NCBI GenBank assembly: GCA_040954595.2
Contig: CM082582.2
Span: 5,006,303 to 5,070,302, forward strand
Length of the DNA stretch: 64,000 nucleotides
Source of the DNA: Balanoglossus misakiensis
Taxonomy: Eukaryota; Animalia; Hemichordata
Direction of reading: 5' to 3'
Shown here one piece after another: positions 1 through 10,000 of the stretch. The notes under the pieces were generated by a model, which was not told the DNA's origin, ran no database searches, and saw only the letters and a program-made list of their open reading frames with translations. Numbering within the stretch: the first letter of the stretch is position 1; each line of letters opens with the position of its first letter. Made by a program: the position numbers and the translations under genes.

Positions 1-1031
1 AAAATAATTATTTTTGCTTAGAATGTGTCTTGAGAAGTGTTGAATCAATAACGCATACAGAATTTAAAAAAAGGGGGAAAGTGAAAAAACGCTATACACA
101 CCTATTTCGAATCTGATGACCAGAAGTGTGGTATCCAAATGCCATTTTACGTCGGAAGCGGGATCGGTAACGCAAGTCCCCAGGATGAGTGGAACTATTC
201 AATCCATAATTTCTCGAATGTTGGACCCACTTATGGAAAATGAATATAGCCAATTTAACTTACTCCTTTTTTATTTAAATTATACAGAAAGATAAGTTTA
301 CTGTCCTTATAATTTTCAATATCATTACCACTGTTCTCAAAACGTCAAACTCATCATAAATTCAACATACGTCAACCCCCACCCCGTCCCTTCGAGGTTC
401 TTCGATATTCTGGGTTTTCCCAAAGTAAGTGTGTCGTCTCTTTTTCAAGCTATTTATCTTTAGTAACATTTGAAATTGTCCAATTTGGTATCACGATTAA
501 AAATTCCGTATTCATCAATTAAATTAAGCACCCCAGCTGGTGATTCTTCTTACTGACGTAGACTATCATCTGCTAACTGCGAAAAATATGTTTTTATTGG
601 TGAGGATTACTAGCTGTTGAAGTGTATTACTAATTATATGTCAATAATAACATGGTGGAGAAAGTATGCTGATTATATGTAGTTGAAATTCGCAAACTGT
701 TATTTTTTCTAGAAAAAATACTCGATTAGATGACCATGTTGATCTAATTAACAAGTGTTATAAATGCTGCAAGTACAAGAATAACCACTTCATCTCCATG
801 CATTCATCGGCTATCGAGGCGGTTGCACCTGCACAGCCGCTGTTTACGCGCATCCATGCAGTTGCCAGTCGAAGTGCCCCCACGTAACCGTACGCAGTAG
901 CGTCGCGACAAAAGTTGCGCGTCGATTTGCCTACCGAGTTGCCTCTTGTAACTCGGCCTTTAAGGAAACCTCACATTACATTTCATTTTTATGACATTGT
1001 TCTCATACTCTTCCTTCATCATTACTTACAG

Positions 1032-4000
1032 AATGGAGACACACCTTTGCACTTTGCAGCAAGGTATGGCGATGAAGGCCGTGTCAATTTGTTATTGGAA
1101 CACAAAGCTGATGTAACTATACAAAACCAGGTAAAATACCAGCCAGCCTTCTACAGGTTAAATGCTTATCAACACACAATTTGTGTTTGTTTGTTTAAGA
1201 AAACCTCACATTACATTTCACTTTTTGGGACATTGTTCTCATACTCCTCCTAATTACTTACAGAATGGAGACACACCTTTGCACTTTGCGACAAGGTATG
1301 GCGATGAAGGCTGTGTCAGATTGTTCCTGGATCACAGAGCTGATGCTAACATACAAAACAAGGTATATACCAATATGACTTCTACAGCTTAATGCTTATC
1401 AACATATAAACATTTGTTTGTTTGTTTGTTTGTTTGTTTGTTTGTTTGTTTGTTTGTTTGTTTGTTTGTTTGTTTGTTTAAGGAAACCTCACATTACATT
1501 TTAATTTTTGTGACATTGTTCTCATACGCCCCCTTCATTATTTACAGAATGGAGACACACCTTTGCACTTTGCAGCAAGGTATGGCAATGAATACCGTGT
1601 CAATTTGCTATTGGAACACAAAGCTGACGTTAACGTACAAAACAAGGTAAATACAAACCTGACTTCTACAGGTTAATGCTAATCAACACATAAAAATGTG
1701 CTTGTTTTTTAAGGAAACCTCACATTACATTTTAATGTTTGTGACATTGTTCTCATACGCCTCCTTCATTATTTACAGAATGGAGACACACCTTTGAACT
1801 ATGCAGCAAGGTATGGCGATGAATGCCGTGTCAAATTGTTATTGGAAAACAAAGCTGACGTTAACGTACAAAACAAGGTAAATACAGACCTGCTTATAAA
1901 CAATTGTTTGTTTGTTTGTTTGTTTGTTTGTTTGTTTGTTTGTTTGTTTGTTTGTTTGTTTGTTTGTTTGTTTGTTTGTTTGTTTGTTTGTTTAAGGAAA
2001 CCTCACATTAGTAGTAATGACTCTTTATTTTCATTGAAATAGTTAACTTACAATTGTCACTAAAACCCCTAACTGGATGGCAGAATGTTTTGAACGTAAA
2101 TCATGAACGTTTGTGTTAATTTCTTTTTGATGATTTATTGGTTTACTTTTTGAAGCATATATAAGCGCAATATTCATGTACATTAAACCGGGAATTTTTT
2201 GCATCAGGAAATTTCATGCGATATCAAAAGAGTCAACTGTTACAAGACGATAAATTTTTGCGTTCTCGTATTTTATTAATTGCATCGTTATCTGCAAAAA
2301 AAAAAAAACATTTTACGTGACTTTTTATTTTCACGTTTTTCTTTCTCTTGTGCAGTTCGGGGAAAATGTACCGTTTGCAAAATTGTCCCTTTTACAGTAT
2401 TTCGTTTGTTATTTTTGAGTGCATTATGTTACGTAAGTTATAGTCACTGTGCATTTCGTTGTATGAGAATTTCTCACTACATTGTTTCCAGTTTTTGTGA
2501 TATTGTTCTAATGGTGCTCCTTCATTACTTACAGAATTATGGAAACACACCGTTACACTATGCAGCAGGGTCTGGTGATAAAGGCCGTGTCAATTTGTTA
2601 TTGGAACACAAAGCTGATGCTAACTTACAAAACAAGGTAACCTGACTTCTACAGGTTAATGATAATCAACATACAAACATTTGTTTGTTTGTTTGTTTTT
2701 CTGTCTGTCTGTGTGTCTGTCTGCCTGTCTGTTTGTTTGTTTGTTTGTTTGTTTGTTTGTTTGTTTGTTTGTTTGTTTGTTTGTTTGTTTGTTTAAGGAA
2801 AGCTCACATTGCATTTTAGTTTTTGTGACATTGTTCTCATACTCGTTCATTACTTACAGAATGGAGACACACCTTTGCACTCTGCAGCAGGGTCTGGCAA
2901 TGAAGGTCGTGTCAGATTGTTATTGGAACACAAAGCTGATGTAACCATACAAAACAAGGTAAATACCAAGCTGACGTCTACAGGTTAATGCTAATCATAA
3001 TACACATGTTTGTTTATTTATTTGTTTGATTATCTATTTAAGGAAACCTCACATTAAAATTTAATTTTTGTGACATTGTTCTCATTCTCCTTCATCATTA
3101 TTTACAGAGAGGAGACACACCTTTGCACTATGCAGCAGGAAGGTCTGGCGATGAAGACCGTGTCAGATTGTTATTGGAACACACAGCTGATGCCGACATA
3201 CAAAACAAGGTACTGAATACCCTAAATTCTACATGCGCAAATTTGATTGTTTGTTTGTTTGTTTGTTTGTTTAAGAAATCTATACATGGCTTTTCATTTT
3301 TTGTGACATTGTTCTCATTTTTTTCTCCTTCATCATTACTTATAGAAAGGAGATACGCCTTTACACTCTGCAGCAGAGTATGGTGATGAAGGCCGTGTCA
3401 ATTTGCTATTGGAACACAAAGCTGATGCCGACATACAAAACAAGGTAAATACAAACCTGACTTACAGGTTAATGCTAATAAACATATAAACATTTTTGTT
3501 TGTTTGTTTGTTTGTTTGTTTGTTTGTTTGTTTGTTTGTTTGTTTGTTTGTTTGTTTGTTTGTTTGTTTGTTTGTTTGTTTGTTTGTTTGTTTAATAAAA
3601 CCTCACATTACATTTCATTTTTTGTGACATTGTTCTCATTTTTCTCCTTCATCATTAATTAAAGAATGGAGACACACCTTTGCACTACGCAGCAAGGTAT
3701 GGCGATGAAGGTCGTGTCGATTTGTTATTGGAACACAAAGCTGATGCCGACATACAAAACAAGGTAAATACAAACCTGACTTCTACAGGTTAATTCTAAT
3801 CAACATACAAACATTTGTTTGTTTGTTTATTGAAACTCCACATTAATAGTAATAACGCTTTATTTACATTGAAATAGTTAACTTACAATTGTCACTAAAA
3901 CCCCTAACTGGATGGCAGAATGTTTTTAACATAAATCATGAACGTTTGTGTTAATTTCTTTTTGATGATTTATTGGTTTACTTTTCGAAGCAATTATACA

Positions 4001-7000
4001 AGATCAGTATAATTCGTTTGCAATTTTTGAGTGCATTTATCTTACGGAAACGTAAACTGTATTTTGTCGTACGAAGATTCAAGTTACTTCACTTTCACAA
4101 CCTTGCGTTTCAATTTTTGCGATATGTAGTTCTCATACTCCTCCTTCATAATTTACAGAATGGAAACACCCCTTTGCACTATGCAGCAGGGTCTGGCGAT
4201 GAAGGCCGTGTCGATTTGTTATTGGAACATAAAGCTGATGTAACCATACAAAACCAGGTAAATACAAGCTGACTTTTACTGGTTAATTCTTATCAATATA
4301 TAAATACTTGTCTGTCTGTCTGTCTGTTTATGTGTTTATTAAGAAAACCTCACATTAACATTTCAATTTTTGTGACATTGTTCTCATTGTTTTCTTTCAT
4401 AGTGTTGACACCGTTACAATATGCAGCAATGAATGGCATATTATAATGTTTGTTATAAATGGAACCCCACATTATATTTCAATTTGTGTGACATCGCTCT
4501 CATTTTCCTCCTTCATTGCTTACAGAAAGGTGACACGCCATTACACTCTGCAGCATTGTTTGGGGATGAAGGCTGTATCAGATTGTTATTGGACCATAAA
4601 GCCGATGCTAACATACAAAACAAGGTAAATGCAAACCTGACTACTACAGGTTAATCAACATATACAAATTTGATTGTTTGTTTATTTATTTATTTAAGAA
4701 ATCCTCATGTTACTTTGAATCTTCGTGACATTCTCCACCTTCATTACTTACAGAATGGAGACACCTCTCTACACACCGCAGCAAAGTACCAGTATGGTAA
4801 TGAAGCCTGTATCAGATTGTTATTAGAACACAAAGCTGTTGTAACCATACAAAACAAGGTAAATACCAAACCAACTTAATCAACATGCACACATTTGTTT
4901 GTTTAAGGAATCCTCACATTACTTCGCAATTTTTGTGGCATTGTTCTCATGCTCCTCCTTCATTACTTACAGAATGGAAACACCCCTTTGCACTATGCTG
5001 CTGGTTCTGATGATGAAGGCTGTGTCAGATTGTTATTGGAACACAATGCTGGTGCTAACATAAAAAACAAGGTAAATATCAACCTAGTTCAACAGGTTAT
5101 ACTAGCATATCTGTGTTTGTTTGTTTGTTTGTTTGTTTGTTTGTTTGTTTAAGAAATCCTCAAATTACTTTTCAATTTTTATGCCATTTTTTTCATTCTC
5201 CCCCTACATAACTTACAGATTGGAGAAACCCCTTTACACTTTGCGGCAGCAAGGTATGGCTATGAAGGTTGTATCAGATTGTTATTGGAACATAAAGCTG
5301 ATGCTAACATACATAACAAGGTACATATACCAACCTGACTTCTACAGGTTAATGCTTATCAACGTTTACACATTTGTTTGTGTTATTGTTTGTTTGTTTG
5401 TTTGTTTGTTTGTTTGTTTGTTTGTTTGTTTGTTTGTTTGTTAAAAGGAAACCTCACATTACATTTCAATTTTTGTAACATATTGTTCTCATGCTCCTCC
5501 TTCATTACTTACAGAATGGAGACACATCTTTGCACTTTGCAGCAAGGTCTAGCGATGAAGGTCGTGTCAGATTGTTATTGGAAAACAAAGCTGTTGTAAC
5601 CACACAAAACAGGGTAAATACTTCTAGGTTAATGCTAATCAACATTATAAACATTCAAACTCTGCCATTGTGATCACTGACCTCTTCACATGTCGATGTG
5701 TACATTGGTAAAAGTCCAAATGAACAGCCGAAGACCGACAAAATAGGGCCGACACGACACTTCCGCTAACACCAAACCTGACTTCTAAACATGCAAAGAA
5801 CATTACCTGAAGTCGCCAACTATTTAAACTATTTAAAGAAACCTCACAGGCTCACATTGCATTTCAATTTTTGTGGCATTGTTCTCATACTCTTCCGTCA
5901 TCATTACTTACAGAATGGAGACACGCCTTTGCACTATGCGGCAAAGTATGGCGATGAAGGCCGTGTCAATTTGCTATTGGAACACAAAGCGGATGTTAAC
6001 GTACAAAACCAGGTAAATATATCAACCAGACTTCTACAGGTTAATGCTTATCAACATATAAACATTTGTTTGTTTTATTGTTTGTTTGTTTAAGGAAACC
6101 TTACATTACATTTCAATTTTTGTGACATTGTTCTCATGTTCTTCCTTCATTATTTACAGAATGGACACACTCCTTTACATTTTGCAGCAAGGTTTGGTGA
6201 TGAAAGTCGTGTCAGATTGTTATTGGAACACAAAGCTGATGTAACCTTACAAAACAAGGTAAATATCAACCTAATTCTACAGGTCAATCATGGTAATACA
6301 TACATTGTTTGTTTGTTTGTTTGTTTATTTGTTTAAGGAAACCTCACATGCATTTCAGTTTTTGTGACTTTCCCTGATGCTCCTCCTTCATTACTTACAG
6401 AGAGGAGACACACCTTTGCACTATGCAGCAAGGTCTAGCGATGAAGGTCGTGTCAGATTGTTATTGGAACACAAAGCTGATGTTAACATACAAAATAAGG
6501 TAAATGCCAATGTGACTTCAAGAGGTTAATATATCAATATATAAACATTAATGTGTTTTATTTGTTTGCTTTTTGTGTAAGATAAAAACGGATAAAATGA
6601 ATTTGATGATGAAGTTAATAATAAGGACAGTATTGGGGATGCTGTATGGGAGAAAGATCGTGATGATGATGGTGGTGGGTGTGTCATGTGAGAGCTCAAA
6701 GTGGAAACTAAAGATCGTTAGTAATGCATTGTTTTGTTAGTTGTTTTAGTTGCATACACTGTACACATATGCTTTGGAAAATTGAATACGGATTAAAACT
6801 GTTGTGTACGGAGCCCTCATGTCCAAATCAAAGAGGTCCTGCTAATACATGTACACACAAAGTCAGCCATCAGTGACCAAACGTCTTGGGTTGTGTTAAG
6901 TATTAGCACCTGAGGCCGAGTCTATGTCAGTAACATTATTGTTGGCTTTAAAGTGTAAGTGCCTATCAAAATCTCTATCGTAGGAGCATTTTCAAATGTG

Positions 7001-10000
7001 AGACAATATCTGTCTTCCATTCAAAATTGTGCACGGTGACACCTAATTTTTATTCTCAGTTTTAATACTCAGATGATACTTGTTTGAGGCACAGTTTTGT
7101 AGACTACCACCCCAACCACCTCTATTTTTGGTACACATGTACTATGATTTAATCTGCCTTTATATCTTAGGATGGCGACACAGCTCTTCACGTGGTAGCA
7201 GTTGGCAATTCGCCTAGGGAGGACAGGGAAGTAGTGAAACTACTGTTGCAATATGGAGCAGATATTGACTGCAAAAATGGGGTCAGTCTTCTATGTTCCA
7301 ATATTTTATTCCATCACACTTTATTAGGCAGTTTCTCCACATTAATTGAATAAATTTAGTATATATACTTGTGCAATTTATCGAACTGTTTTACCAAAAC
7401 ACTTGTAAAGCAATATGGCCACCCACTGAAAATCTGTGATTAGTTGCATTAGTTTGTCATGTCTTGGCGACGCATGCCATGATAGCTGTGTACTGTTTGT
7501 ATGGAGGCTGATTAAATGGGTGCGACACCATTTAATATATAACGTTTTCAAATTGCAACATACGTCCACAATCGGGCGTCGATGAGATGTTCATGTATAC
7601 CTATCAGTAAACTTATTTCGATGTAGCAATCTAAGTTGCAAAAAAATGAAAATAATGCAAAAAGTGGCGGCTCTAGAGACTTTAATAAAGGTATCATCTC
7701 ATCAATATCAACATCGTAATTGACATCTTACTTGTTTTATCCCAATAAAACTTAGATGGGAAAGACAGCACTTGAGGTCCCTGAAAGTTACAGCTCTGTT
7801 AAGGATGTGCTATTGGATTACATTAGGGTGAGTGAGATGTTTCTTTGTCAATGTCATTAATTTTGATTATTATAACTTGAAATTTGTACCATTTCTTATG
7901 CATTTTGAATTATGGGTACGACCTAAGAATTAAATCTTTAAAATAAACATTTCTCTGTTAATTATCGAGCTAAGAATCCCTCAAAATGTATATTTTCTGA
8001 AAACTTAGATATAGGGAACATTTTTGGTTAAGTGTTAAGTACTTCAGTGTGATCATTATTCACACAACCATCATGTGACCATTTCTCTCAATGTTTTGTT
8101 TGAACGATTTGATATATTCGGCTAAAATTTGTGTGAATGCAAGCTGTCGTAACCGTCATACAAAGTGTGTCTGGGATTTTTTAAACCACTAGATCTATTT
8201 TATACGCATAAAATGTCCATTTTTATCCATTACATATAATTTAATTGTATTTTTAATTGATGATTTCTTTATTCAACAAGAAACGAGACGAGTTCAAGGA
8301 GCTGATGAAGGAAGCAGGTGTGAAATGTGACACTTTTAAGTTGTTCTTCGCTGGATACGGTGGGGTTGGTAAGACTACACTGTTGAAGTCACTTCAGAGG
8401 GTATGTTGGTATTTATTGTTTTGCGTAACAGCTCTAATAAGCTATATCTTGTACATTGTAATTGGGGTTGAGGTTGTATTTTATTTGTTGTTTTGTGCGT
8501 TTTCATTATCCATGTTCCCTAAACTTGAATATTGTAGTTACACTTTTACCGCTATTATTTTGTAAATACATGTACCAGCCATTAAACGGGGAACAAAATT
8601 CCAGCTAACTTTTACATTTCCATGCCAAAAGCTCTATAATCGTCATCTTCGTGGCCATTGTCTATCTGTGCTGTTTTGCCAAGAATTATGCTGTGTCGAT
8701 CCCAGCAATGTGAGCACATGTGAAAGAGATTCAAGTCAGGATTTACTAAGTGGATATTTGCAGAGAGATCATGGAAAATGTAAAAATAAGCTGGCATTTT
8801 GTTCCCATTTAATTAAGACTTAATTTACAAGCATATTGTGCACTATTCAATTGAATTGTGTAATTAGACAGTTTAATGGACTCTGATAACTAGAAATGCT
8901 TTTTTTCTCTCTGATAACTAGAAATGCTTTTTTTCTGTCCTTATATCAAAGACTGAAGAAAAAACCCTGGAAAGTATAGAAAGTGAACACATTCCCACAC
9001 CTGGTATTGATGTCCAAAGTGTTCATATTCCTGACGTAGGAAACGTCAGTGTTTGGGATTTTGCCGGCCAGGCTGAGTATTACGTCACTCATAACATGTT
9101 TCTGGGAGCACCCAATGCTGTCTCTATATTGGTGTTCAAAGCTACAGACGAGAATGGTAAACTCAACACCTTTAAATGTGTGATCAAGGAGGTAAGAATC
9201 TCCACAGTAAATTTTATACTTAACATGATGAGAATGTATATCCACATGTATTGCATTGTTTATGAATTCCCAACAGCAAGTTTCAAGTGTTCGAATTGAA
9301 AGTATTGCTGGAGGGAAAAACTTCTTTTCATGTGCAAAACCATCTTGATTCATGGCATTTTAATAGAGCTATATCCAGATATTCTACCATAGAGGTCTAT
9401 TAGGGAGCTGTCATTATTTATGACCTTGAGGTAGGGGTTGGAGGAATTTTACTAAAAACTAAATTATAATTGAATACCACCCCAGCCAAGCATGCCACTT
9501 GCGGAATCTGAGTACCCCACCAATCTTAAATTACACCCCCTTAACTCTGGAACAACTACATATCCAAACATGCGGTACGAGTCACGTACCACACAATCCC
9601 CCTTCTTCGTCTTTACTTCTTGAGAACCCTCCAAGCTGTAAATAATGACGGCTTTCTTAATTCTCAATCATCACCCATTTCCTGAATCATGAGAAATTGG
9701 GATTCAATTAATGATCCTTTTGCCTAAAAATTAACATTTATAATTTTATGTGTTATTTTCAATTATACAAATATTCTCATTTCTAGATTCAATTTTGGTT
9801 GCGGTTTCTGAAAGGAACAACCCACATGGACCGGTATTCATTTGGTGAGTCAAGGGAAGGATACAAAAAACCAGTGGTGATATTGGTTGCAAGTCGAGCT
9901 GATATGCTGAAGAAAGAATACATGGCTGAAGGTTGGTGTTGTCAGCTCATATGCATATGAACATCTAGCTCGTTGTGGTCAATGCTCTAACTTTGTGTGG

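Larger units (their letters stand above)
960..6560 (+). repeat. Tandem exon-intron array, one ankyrin repeat per unit (18 intact exons + 1 remnant)
   Basis: Exons: 1032-1130, 1264-1362, 1548-1646, 1779-1877, 2535-2636, 2860-2958, 3108-3209, 3346-3444, 3665-3763, 4159-4257, 4526-4624, 4754-4858, 4973-5071, 5219-5320, 5515-5613, 5914-6012, 6160-6258, 6401-6499. Lengths 99/102/105 nt, all phase 0-0. The introns are homologous (AGGAAACCTCACATT..TTTGTGACATTGTTCTCAT..TTACAG) and carry variable (TTTG)n. Confidence 0.95.

Noticed and set aside
652-669. ATG GTG GAG AAA|gtatgc as a possible phase-0 first exon of the ROCO gene
   Set aside because: Too short to distinguish from chance; no promoter evidence.
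1414-5599. FVCL-repeat and RMETHLCTLQQG ORFs
   Set aside because: Translations of (TTTG)n tracts and off-frame ankyrin exons.
960-6560. CRISPR-like repeat-spacer appearance
   Set aside because: The units are spliceosomal exons and introns encoding ankyrin repeats; eukaryotic context, no cas genes.
8881-8936. ~29-bp tandem duplication upstream of a ROC exon acceptor
   Set aside because: Real but trivial local slippage; no effect on the frame.
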